From Azolla caroliniana (taxonomy: Eukaryota > Plantae > Polypodiophyta), in contig JBHGNT010000002.1 in the NCBI GenBank assembly GCA_043228905.1, positions 2,976,001 to 3,040,000 of the forward strand: 64,000 nucleotides of DNA, written 5' to 3'. Below, in pieces: positions 51,801 to 64,000 of the stretch (position 1 is the stretch's first letter; each line of letters opens with the position of its first letter). The position numbers and the translations under genes were made by a program. A model generated the notes under the pieces. That model was given only the letters and a program-made list of their open reading frames with translations. It was not told the DNA's origin and searched no databases.

Positions 51801-54800
51801 GGAAACAAAGATTACGCCCACATAGAAGAGTTCAATGTGGTTAGAAGAATGATTTTGGACTTGGAGTTCTACCTATAGGAATGCTGCTACAATGTCATAC
51901 AAGTGACTCATAGGAGACGTCTCGTCTGCATACAGTACTTCATCTGCAGTGGACTTGTGCATTAACAACCAACTTATCATAACAAATTACTAATTACCTC
52001 CGATTACAGTATTCGTTAGTTCGATAGATGTTTTTGGCTATTTGATTGCATATATCAGCCTACCCATTCTTCAGCCATTTTCTGTGCATGGACAGAACTT
52101 GGACTTTGTGGAGAACCTCGATTTCTCACGACCAACTTGGTCAATCTACTTTCAACACATATTGGACTTTTAGATTACCCCTACAGTAATTCTTTACATT
52201 CTAGCTTTCTCAAAAAGATTTACCACCAGTATATAATATATTACAAAAATGGAACATGTTTGTTTATGTGTGTACTAAGGTATATAGAAGTGTGCATGCA
52301 TATATTGGGAAGAGTGACACCTTCAAAAGATTATCCAATACTCGCCGCCCATCTGTAAAGTATATTTCCATTATACTGAAGAAATTCTCTTTGTCTATCC
52401 GTAAGACTTTGCAAAGTTCACAGACGCGAATAGTAGAGGGATGTGGAACGCCGCAAAGAACTGAAACTTCACCAAAAATACTTTCAGCCTCCAGATTTGA
52501 CACAACTTCCTCGCATCCATCTAAATTGGTGATGATTTCTATCTAGAAAAAAAGTTTCATACAAAAACGTTTCTTTTAGCAATCCACTCATAAACAAATA
52601 TAAGGAAACCACACAATTGAAACAACATATAAAAACAATTAAAAATTAAACAAGAACGTTGTGAAATGAACTAACCAATGACCCAGTTGCCACGAAATAA
52701 ACCTGGTCAGCTGCACTCCCTTGCTCTATTATCTCTTCTCCTGGAAGGAAATACTCTTCATGAACTCGCCTTGCCTGATTTGTTTATGTACACAATAACT
52801 GAGTCACACATCTATGATAACAGACTTCTGATTAACTTTTGACAATAAATGGCTAAGGTGCTCACAATTTGATTAACAAATTCTAGAGAGCAATGTTGAA
52901 AAAGAAGAATGCGTTGGAGAGTCGAAAAATACATCGATCGGGATACCTGCAAATTAAGATATTATTTACCAAACATTTTTACAAAGTATGATCCTTGGTA
53001 ATACAAATAAGAAGAGATTTGTTTTCACATAAGACACGTACAAACCTTTGCACGGATTGAGAAAGGCAAGTCTTGCACAACACCATCTTCTACAAACTGA
53101 CACTCATATTGCAGCTGCAAATGGTTCTTTAACTGTGATCTGATGTCTCTGCCTAATCTATTCCTGTTCATATATTTAACCAAAGCTGTCATCTTGTCTC
53201 GGAATTTTTCCGTATTAGATCCTTTCACAATCAAGGCTGTCATGTTTCCAATCAAATAAGCCCCCAATATCATATCAAAAGATACAAAAATCATCACAAA
53301 AACCATTTCCCTTGTATTCACAGCATGTATGTCTCCATATCCTGAAATTTTCATGAATACATAATGAGATCAATCTCCATACATGAGTACACAAAACATT
53401 TTCTTGTTCTCAAAATTCACAAATAAATAATCACTCCAATCCAATTATGCATGTTTTTTCGTCATCCTTCATCTCTGACTAACTATCCACAAACATTCAA
53501 AATTAGGTGCACATATTAGTGAATAAAACTATTTTGCTACTTAAATTAGTTCAGTGAATTGTCCTTGGACTAAGATGTTAGCGCATATGTCCGTATGTCT
53601 TCAATCTACTACTTTTAGTGTTTGGGAAATCACTTATTGGGATGACGTGTTTGCTTCATTTAATGGTTGTATCAAAAGGTGTTCCTTTAATACCCAATTG
53701 TTCAGAGATAGGGAGTTAGCTCTACAAAATCTTCCCTGGAAAGGCATGCATTCCAGTAACTCTATGAGATGTGAGAGTCTTCATTAGAGTTCTGTATTTG
53801 TAATCCCGTTACCCCATGTGGAGCCCCATAGGCCATTCTTCATAGCCAAACAAGGTATCAACTTTACATATGATGTGGTCAATGATGATGGGTATGTGCT
53901 AAGCATTTGAAATGCAACAATATGTCAAATTTGGGTTCTCATCATAAACATGTCTGACCAAGAATAATTGAAGTAGTTATTTTCCCTTGTGCCACCTCTA
54001 GAGGAATTGAATTGGTTTTGTGATTGCCATTTGAAGATAGGTATATACGTGTTTGGATGAATGCACTATCCATTCATAACATCCACAGGCTATTTTGACC
54101 ACCCTTGGGTTAAAGGACATGGTAATGCCCATTGGCAAATCGCTCGATATGACAATGGTGGAAGGAAAGACTTATTATACTTTCGAAAACAGGTTTACGA
54201 CTTAAATAAAGGGTGCTCTTGTGGCGATGTTTATCAGGTATCCTTCCAATAGGATCTCACAGCGGAAAAAAAAAGTCGACCAACAGGAACCCAAAGAGAT
54301 TAGTCAACTCTTGTTTCCAAACTTGCTGTTTGGGAAATTCTTCACTGTTTAGGCAGTCTGCATATTATTAACTTTCGTTTCTTTAAGTCATCTTGGAGAG
54401 AATCTCTTTAAGATTTTTACAATTTACTGAAATTTCTCTATGAACATTTCAACTTTATGGAGTGCTTTTGAGCACTCAAAGTTTGTGCATTTTTGTGGGT
54501 TTTTTACCTCACATTAAGCTTTCCAACCAGAAATATATGCATTGCTAGAATAATAATATTACATGATGAGACCATCAACATATTTGGGTAATAAGACCTA
54601 CTACACATTTGATAGCAGTCCATGGAACTCATTGAATGATGAATTGTGATCTGCTGGCTTCATTATTCTGACGTGTGTTGGACTCCAAGGCAAAGAGCAT
54701 GATAAAAATGTCTAGAAAATGTAGAGACTTTCCACTAAATACATTTGCAAGGCCCCAATTTGATATCAGATACAAACATCATGTTGGATAAAGAGTATAA

Positions 54801-57800
54801 GGCTCCAAGTCTAATACTGTAGCATTGTGCTTGTAACCACCTCATGACATGAATGAAAATGAAGCTTTGGCCAACCCTTCTTTTATGATTGGATAGCCAG
54901 GTCTCCAATTTAAAACCATGAGCCTTTAATTATTATTGTCTAAGACAGCATCCAAAGCTTCATTTATATGCATTGCCCTTTTTAAAAACTATTTGTACAC
55001 CATGATATTCATATTTGATTTATAGGCCCAGGATAAAGATAAGTCATTAGTGAGGAAAGAGATAAATAAGATGATTTTATGTCTTATATATCATATTCTA
55101 TATGTTCTCTATTGTAAGGAAAACACTTCATATACTTTGTTGAGCTAGTTTCTAAGAAATTAAACTGCTTGTGTCTAATACCAAAGTTTGATACTTGCTA
55201 TTGTCTCACCTCTGTCCCACAGAGCTTATTCAGTCTCTTGTAGAAATTAATAATCTACCTACCTATATGGCAAGCTTCTATTGCTTTTATCAAAATATAA
55301 AATAATCCCCATAAGGCAAGCTATTTGCAATCCATGCAATAAAAAAACCATGTAAAGGTGATCAATGCCACTATATGTCTACGGTTGACACTATATAAGG
55401 ACCATCAATTCCACTGAATGTTATTATTATGCACAATGTAAATTTTTGCCAAATAAGGACTTGGTGCTCCTTTACTCACTCATCATCTCTTCCATGCACA
55501 TACCTCTGAGAAGATAACAGATAAAATATTAAATACAATTTAAAGCTACAGAATCACTTACCAACTGTAGCCATTGTGATAATTGCAAAGTACAGTGATA
55601 CAACATAACGTCTGCCAAGGTCAATATGCCGGAAATTAGAAAAATCATAGCCACCGAGCTGTAAGCTTCCAATCCATGTCAGATCTTCTTGTGATGGAGG
55701 TAACGTGGTTGCTAAATAGTAGAATATACATGCAGCTGTATGTGTGCAATACAACTCAACTGTTATAAGTTTCAGTATTCTTGTGAACATGTAGTTGATG
55801 CGTATGTCTCGTTCTCTTCTCCGGAAGAAAGACTCCACCTTTCGAATGCGATATAGTCTAATCCAAAGAAAGTACCTAATGAACTCTTTTCTTCCTGCTC
55901 TCTACATGTTAAGTTCACACATTACATACATGCCATTATATAATGGCGAAAACAAAACTACATAATTGTTTATTCTTACCTTATATATCACATCCCATGG
56001 GAGACAACTCAGGACATCTGGAGTCAATTCCGTTGTTGCATATCTGCACAACATATAAGGAAGTATCAAGTGTCTATATAATATTGGCTTTTGCATGGTA
56101 ACATATGAATTCTTTACATTGCAAGGCTAGATAAGTATCTTTAATCAACCAAGTTTTACTAGCACTTGCCTTAGGGAAATAGCATGATGATCCATCACCC
56201 ACTTATAAGTGTGCCGGTCCTCGTATGCAACAAAAAAGTTAACCAGGATGTCCACCATAAAAATCAATTGGCTTACTTGATCAATCCACCAAAGGTTCTT
56301 TGGCAATCCTCTAAAGAATCCGAATTCAAAGGGGGTGAAAAACGATGAATATATGGATCCTAATAAAACAATGTACACCCATATCTGATAGTTCCTGCAT
56401 ACCCAAACAAAAGTCTTCAAGGTTCCATTTTAAAATCAAGTATATTTTGTAACAGGTTGGTGGAAGCAGGATATATACATCCATTAAACAAAGAAGTGGC
56501 TGAGATACAAGTGCATGTGTTAAACTCTCTTTGGATCATTATGTTCTGCAAGGCAGGATCAAAAGTAATCTACTTTGTTGCCAATATAAGTTACAAAGCA
56601 GAGGATCATTGCATACATAAGCTATGCATTTTTATCCAAGCTTACTGAAAGGGATGGTTCCAAGAACAGCATACTAAGTTTCAGTTCCAAGAACAGCATA
56701 CTAAGTTTTCACTATTATACACTTGTCATCCCTACAATTCTGTACGCAGGGATGATTTGGGGCCTAGTTTAGACAGTCATTGCAGATCTGTAGGCTTCTC
56801 TGACGAATGGAGATTGATGGAGAGACCTCTTGTATTCATGCTCTCTAATACCCCATGACATTATCAGGGTTGAGATGGCTGCCCCACCAATGGTCATAGA
56901 GACTTTGTTCAGGTCTATTCCCTTCTTCATAGTTTGCGGTAGCCTTCTCCACATAAATATTGCAAGGTTGGCTCTGGGGTCCTCTAAATAGTTGGCAATT
57001 GGCAGTTATACATATATTTGGTCTTGGTATACGATCAACAGCACAACATACATTATATATATTTGGTCTTGGTATACATTATATATACGATCAACAGCAC
57101 AAGGAAAACACATATTTCAATAACATAAAGCCAAATAATATACATGCCTGTTGTGATTAAACACACATTTGCTGTGTCTGTACTATATACATATACGTAC
57201 ACATATATAGGTAAATATATGTAAGTACATGTACATAAGAAATATGCCTACATATGTATATATAAATGCATACATATAAGTAACATTTACATACATACAT
57301 AGATATATGTGACATATACATATTACATACACACACACACATAATATTGTGCATATAAATAACATGTACATACATACATAGATATATGTAATGTAATACA
57401 CACACATACATATATTGTTGTTTGTATATTGATATATGCCATCCAACTGGATTTACTACTCAGCTTAGGCCACCCTATGCACAGTGGCTGTCTTAGTCCA
57501 ATAATAGGATGTAGCATGGTAGAATGATTTAGAAAGAAGAGGATGATAGGAATTGAATGATGCTTAACAGTAAGTCAATTGAACAAGAAATCAAGATAAA
57601 CACTTAACCAACTGAGATTGGAGAGATTAAGATTAATTAACAAAAAACCAATAGAACTCAAGAGTTTTCTCTCCAATTATTCTATACGGTAAGACAATGA
57701 ACACTTAATACTTGGATGAAGAGAGAAAGTTAGATAATACAGTTGAACTTGAAAGATGCACTCTAAATGGGATTATAAGATATGGCAAATTAGGATAGAT

Positions 57801-58710
57801 CACAATGTAGCAATAAACAACAGGAGACAATGAACACTTTAACACTTCATAGATTGGACAGTTGTAGCAATAAACACTTAATTATCAAGAGTGGATGAGA
57901 GTTATATAAATCAACGCTATGGCTTGAAAGAGATCTAGTGAATTACAAGGGTGAGGAGAGCAAAACAAAGATAAAAACGTTAATCTTACAAGAAATCGCT
58001 CTCTTGACAAGATAAGAGTTGATACCATAGTTAGGTACAAGTGAGAGTGAGTAAAACAGATATAGCAACTAAGCTCCCAACAATTCTCTCTTATTAGGGT
58101 TACAATTCCACTTATACAGTGGTTAACAAAAGGAAAAGTATAGTGGTACATTGAAGTTTGCGCAACGAATGCAACTTGACCCCTCAATTTCCATATCATT
58201 CTCTAATAGTACTTCGATTCGATGACATTCATGGTAGCACATAAAGGTACATGATCAACTGAGTACTACTTCCTACATGGCACTTTCTTCCTTCAAACAA
58301 GTTAGCCAGCTAATTAGTCAGTATCTGCCTTGGTCACGCAGAGAACACATATGATTACCTATTCTAGCTATATACAGTGTACAGATGTAAAATCCATTCA
58401 AAATCATAAAAGAAGAGAGAAATACACATATACAACCATAGAATCATCATATTAAAGGGGAAAGAGAGTATTCAAGACACCTGTTATGAGGGGGAATGAT
58501 GACTTTGTTCCAGAAGTGTCTATAGAAGACGAGACCCGAGTCTTGGCTTCTCCAATCCCTTCTGAATCGAGAAAGCCGAGCAGATACTGATGAGCCAAGA
58601 TTATCTTCAATCTCTTGGAGCTCATACTCGTCTCTTTTATCATATAATTCTTTCTCTTCTAGGTTAGCTGATACATTATTAGCCATCTTGACTAATGGAA
58701 GCAAATGCAT
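48896..58710 (-). CDS. SKOR: Shaker-family outward-rectifying K+ channel (SKOR/GORK-like), about 864 aa
   Basis: 13 exons: 58710(or 58686)-58481, 56394-56170, 56043-55980, 55901-55562, 53341-53046, 52946-52866, 52774-52676, 52542-52321, 50660-50475, 50249-50174, 50025-49731, 49484-49369(or 49351), 49260-48896; frame open. TMATVGYGD pore, S6 DMILG outward-rectifier motif, cNMP-binding domain, ankyrin repeats, KHA domain. Confidence 0.93.
53600..54100 (+). mobile_element. LINE remnant in SKOR intron 4
   Basis: WKGMHSSNSMRCESLH* resembles IKGRGRNSESGNSLRLESLH* of the LINE at 36341-36661. Confidence 0.55.
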
Positions 58711-59998
58711 TGAGAGTGCATCTAACTGCGTTTTATTCGAAATAAGAATAACAGAAATACTGATGTCTGCAGCTGCAGCTGCAAAAGGAAAAATAAAGGA
58801 AATGAAAACAAAACATAAAAAGGGAGAAAAAACATAAATGGGAACAAAAACTAAATCAATATACAAAAACTGAACAAATGCGTATGGATTAAATTCAAAT
58901 AAATGAACAAATAGAAATATTAATGAATGGACGAAAAACATATATAGAAATTATATCAAGTGCGGAAAACATATTATATGGAAAACGAATTTTGTACAAG
59001 AAAACAGTTCAGATCTAAAGCATGCATGGAAATAAAATGAGAAAGAAAAAACAGACTGCCACAAGCTAATGGCGATTAATCCGAATCTTTTACATGCAAT
59101 TGATGCTGATTTAATTCACCCCTAACATTTAATCCTAACCATTAGCGATGTTTAATCCATCCAAAAAACAGCAACTTTTACGTTCATTACATTAAAGGAA
59201 TGGGGAGTAATATATCGACTCTTCCATGGGGCTTTTACAACAATAAATGGTGGTTTAATTTCTTTAACAATTAGTGGTGATTAAACAACGACTCTTTTCT
59301 TTTGAAACTAAACATTTATAGAAAATAAATAAATGGAAAAGGAAAGGAAAGGAAAGAGCACCTGTTTCTGAAAGATGATTCTGAAGCTTAAGATATTTCC
59401 AATATTAATGGTAATATTAAAAACCTTAAACTCTTTTTTTTTTTTTTAAACAAAAGACTACAGAAAACAAAATGAAAATGAATAGGAAAAGAAAAAGAAG
59501 AGACGAACCTGTTTTTTTCTGATTAATCCAGATGATCCTCAAGCTTATTGAGATTTCCAATAAAGGGGGCAGCTATAATGGAAGAACTCAAACTGGATTA
59601 AAAAACGCCCAATACAAGGAGAGAGAAAGAGACAGACAGACAGATAAATAGAGGGAGAAACAAAACAGAATGCAAAGTTTGACAAGTTCAATGGAGTGAT
59701 TGTTTACACAGTAAGAAAAAACAGAGTATATATTTATGTATATACACACACACATATGCACATAACAGATGAAATTCGATTGTTTAAACTTTATATAGCA
59801 AGAAAAAACAGATTTTATATATGTATATACATATATATATATATTATATATACAGTGCTGAAATGCAGAAAACCACTGCTGTTTTATCAACCCAGAGAGA
59901 ATACAAAATCAACAAACAAACAAAACAGAACCCAAATGAGCAAAATTATGGAAGGAATCAATTTCTTTTCTTCACTGGTTTTTAAAAAATTAGATCAA

Positions 59999-59999
<1 letters not shown>

Positions 60000-60038
<39 letters not shown>

Positions 60039-60082
60039 AGCCTTGCTCATACAAGTTTGGGGGGGGGGGGGGGGGGGGGGGG
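60000..60082. repeat. (GT)n microsatellite and poly-G tract upstream of SKOR
   Basis: (GT)n at 60000-60036; G-run at 60059-60082. Confidence 0.95.
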
Positions 60083-62607
60083 AGCGGCACCAAAGTTTTG
60101 CTCCCAATTTGATGGCCTCTCTGATGATCTCCGTAAACTCGACAAACCCATTCATCCATGCTCGATTATATAGGGGTTAGTTGTCCGCTCTCATGATATA
60201 ATACGGAGCAAACAATGGTTTGTATTGTTTCGTTCAGGCGAAGGAAACAGATGCCCGAAACGTCCTTCGATTAAAAAGCTCGACACTAAATACCTGGGCA
60301 CTCCCGATGAAGTTTTCCAAGTTACCCCACCACGTTATTATGCATTTTTATGTGCCAGTGCTACTTACTATTCGTAAAAATAACAATTCGCCGATCCAAA
60401 AATTGTGATAGATCATTAGCTTCACAAGTCCGGGTTTAGGATCGTCGATTGTGCGGAAAATTGCCATACTTGTGGTTATTTCATAGACATATGCCTAAAT
60501 AAATGATCATGAAGTTATATGTACAAAAAACTCCTCCCCATTTCACTAGGCCCAAATATTTTTGCATGGCTTGACATAAGTGGGCTCGATAGAGTTTTTT
60601 TGTTGTATACCTCTGAATTTTCTTTCTGTAGTCATGCTAATAAAGAGCTTTATATCATGCAACCGAAGTCTACTTCTTCTTCATCTTCGCCTTTTACTTG
60701 CAATCACATTGCCTTAAGAAGTTGATGTCGCCATTTTCAACCCTCGAGTTGTGAAATCATGCAATCGTGTTTTTAAAAGGGAATTTTATTGATAAACACA
60801 TACTTTTACGAAGGTTGTGAATTCATCGAAACTAGTTTCAAGAGAAGTCTATCGTTATGTCCATTGTCTCAAACAAAAAAGCATGCATGCAAAATCAAGA
60901 GACCCATTGGTTTGGACTTTTGACTCGTAACCATTGGGCTATGATTGATAAAAATTGATGGGAATTATCATATGCAAGAAGATCATGGAAGCCAACCTAG
61001 TCATATATAAGAAAGATTAAATCATACGATTGGTGTACTCCAATTGAAAACCTTGTTGTAAAGGAACTAGGTGTAGAACACATTATTTACTATACTCTAC
61101 TCACACTCAAGTGACCTCGTTAGATTTGAGCCCAACAATGAAACATTAATCCTAACATATGAATACTTTTGCTTTATCATATATGCGTTGTTTACATGCT
61201 AGTGGTAGTGGTCCATTATCACAAACCACTAGCTTGCTTATGTTATTCGAATGAGATAATGATAACTATGATGATTATATATTAATTATTATATTAGTGT
61301 TGTGGTAATATGGGTCTTAAATGTCAAGACTTATCGATTTGTTATTGTGCACAATCTCGAGAATTGTATTCAGTGAAGCTAGCCTTCAAACCAAAGTGCT
61401 TATATTCAAATAACTCCAAACATGCATATTCTTTTTGCATACTTAGTTATAACTTATAATAGAGAAAGCAATCCCCAACATTATACTTCAAAATTGAATC
61501 CTACGTTTTTTTATACCTCGGAACATCAGAGTTAAGATTGTTAGTGTTGCATGTTAGTCTTTTTTTTATACACAAGAACTGATCACAAAGTCCACTATAA
61601 CTGCCCCCCTAAAAAAGGTACTACTAACAAGTAGAAATTAATGTGACAGCACTAACGGATTTAACAAAAAATTCTAAGCAATTACAACAATGATTGTCTA
61701 CTTTCTATTCATGAGTATATAATAATTCTTCACATACAATATGTGAAAACCACTTCGGGAAAGACAATATCATAACTTTTGCATTTCATTGTGTGTGTAT
61801 GAGTATAACAAAGTTGTCACCAATATAATCATGCAACAATTCTACTTTGTGTTTAATGTAAAAATATTACAACTTTTGTCAAGTTGTTTTTTGTAACTCA
61901 CAAAAGTAGTGTTCGCATGTCAAATCAAACAATGGCACATTGCTCATCCATATTATCTTAACACATGTTTTAGCTGAGAAAATATACAATGTCTACATCA
62001 TTTATTGCTAAAGAAAATGAGAACATGGCTTAGCGCTACCTAGCTTGCATCCATCAAATGTTTATCAACTAAAAACGAATTGATGGCGTAAAAAAGATAA
62101 CAATATAAAGGTAATGTATGTGAACTATTCATGGCTTATTAGCCAAGGGCATTTGAAACTGTTGCGACATTTTAAACTATATGTTATGTCCATGGCACTG
62201 TCATAAAAAATACACTTGTCACCTTTATAGATTCATGAAATGTTTGTGCTACTTTGAGATTCATCAAATGCAGTACATATTCATCACATATCCATGTTTT
62301 TGTGAATCTATCAGTTCAATCAAAGGAAGATTTAATTACCAAGTTCATGAGGAGAGGTTGAGTTTTCAAAATAGCATGCTTGAGCCAAAATGTTTAGAGC
62401 CAATAATTCGAAATATAATATAAAGTCATTTAGAGCCTTGCACTTTGCCTCTACATAGCCGATCATAAATATTAAAAAAGACAAACTTCCCTAGGATATA
62501 TCGTAAAGCATGGAAGCACTATCTTGCTTGTTAGTCCTTTAATTGTTGGTCGAGTAATTGAGTTAAAGGCATTCATCCTAGACTAGGTGGATAACAACAT
62601 CTTAGAA

Positions 62608-64000
62608 TGTTAAACCTAATATGTAAAACGCACATAACTATTCAATGTTTCAACATTTAGAGAAACATGTAATAACATATTTCCAATGAATGTGAGTGAA
62701 CATAGAAAATGATATTAGAGTTCAATAGGGCAACAATCACTGCCAACTAGCCAATATGGAGGTTGGCATGGTTTTATATTCATTTGCCTAATGTTATACT
62801 TTGCCTTAAAACTATTTTATAGATTACTCTATAGAATCGACTCCTATCCGCATACATTTGATCCTAGGGTAAATCTCCAAGTAAATGTATGCATTTGTCG
62901 CCTAGGTTCATTGGTCTATGATAGAGCTAATGTCCTAACATTACCGCCCTCCCCCTTTTGAAAAAGTTTTCATCATAAAAAGGAACACATGATACTTCAT
63001 ACGTTCTCATCAATGTTTCTTCTTGGACAAATATGCCAATTTGCCAAAATTTTCGTTTCAACCTATGCCATTTTTGTTTGCATACTTCCTACAGTGGTCT
63101 TGCTTGCCATTCAAATGTACACTTTCACAAAACTATTCCCCAACCAAATCTTTGGCTATTCTCATTTGCTAACTTGACTACCGCTAAAGCATTTCATTGA
63201 AACTCATAAAAAGAAACATGAATGGACTAAATCCAATCTAAACATGATTGTATTATTGTAAGAGGGTCCAGTATGACCCTCACAACCAATAGGTTGTAAG
63301 GCAAAAAACCTTTTTCTAGTACTTAATTAACCCTCTCCATCTACTCATCGAGTCCAACGTGCTAATTATTGGCAAGATTAAGTAGTATAACCAAATTGTT
63401 TTAAACATTCCCCTCCAAAAGTGACTCTGAAAAGTTTGATTACATAACTTAAAACATTGTTTGGTAGCGTAGTCCATACGTAACATATATTCTCCAAGAG
63501 TATGTATGATTTGTGAAAAGAGATGTTAAAATAGGGGGAAATGTTTGGAAAAAATGATGTTTTCACTAATATAAACATGTGAGTGTGTATTGAGCATCAG
63601 ATTATGGGAGAGGAAACGAGAACAAGGGAGTAGAGAACTGTTCGAGCAACAAAACGTTTTGTAGGAACTTCATAGGATTTTAAGAAAAATTCCGTGGAAG
63701 TTTTTATTTGAAGAGATATGTAGTGAGAGTATTGGCCATTGTTGAGGGAGTGGAATAAGGGGGTATTTTGCATTGACATCCAAGAGACTTGCCATCATTC
63801 ATCAAGGTTGGCGGGAGATGATTTCTATCTAACAAACTAAATCATTTGACTCAATTCATCTTATCTACGCATTGTTTAGATTTTCAGCTACCATTTCTAA
63901 CAATCTCTTGAACATTCTAAGAGCTTGTAATTATATACTTCATTTTCTCGAACCTCAACAAAATGTTCTTTACAACAATAATTGCAAGGATCTTAACTTG
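62608..64000 (-). mobile_element. Ty3/gypsy remnant: integrase fragment, PPT and putative 3' LTR (62608-62940)
   Basis: Minus-strand DE*MERVN*VLE (DGQxERxNQxLE integrase motif) near 63315-63355. PPT AAAAGGGGGAGGGCGG at 62944-62959 precedes TGTTAGG. Left LTR end is tentative. Confidence 0.65.

Noticed and set aside
51880-52200. Possible further organellar inserts in SKOR introns (also 54150-54310, 56740-56960)
   Set aside because: Slightly different composition but no recognisable gene or RNA motif.
57157-57517. ORFs rich in Y/I/C/V/M
   Set aside because: Translations of (TA/CA) low-complexity intron sequence.
62990-63180. Chromodomain remnant in the gypsy element
   Set aside because: Only a faint L-x-x-W resemblance; too decayed to call.

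Overview
Eukaryotic plant nuclear DNA, most likely a fern or another seed-free plant (inferred from a short-type plastid accD insert with many apparently pre-edited codons). Bases 1-40300 are a dense pile of decayed, nested transposons: L1-type LINEs, three Ty1/copia elements and several solo LTRs with recoverable target-site duplications (TSDs). Bases 42257-58710 hold two convergent intact-looking genes: an 8-exon 'rolling stone'-like membrane protein (+), whose introns carry a mitochondrial 26S rRNA fragment and a plastid accD fragment, and a 13-exon SKOR/GORK-type outward-rectifying K+ channel (-). A Ty3/gypsy remnant ends the window. The most notable object is a 3781-bp TIR DNA transposon (18214-21994; 29/30-nt TIRs, 4-bp AATA TSD, inserted in a LINE RT motif). 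It carries an intron-interrupted, bacterial-type beta-class amino-DNA methyltransferase pseudogene, a divergent transposase-like remnant, and a palindrome array between them. All calls come from reading and translating by eye; no database searches were run.
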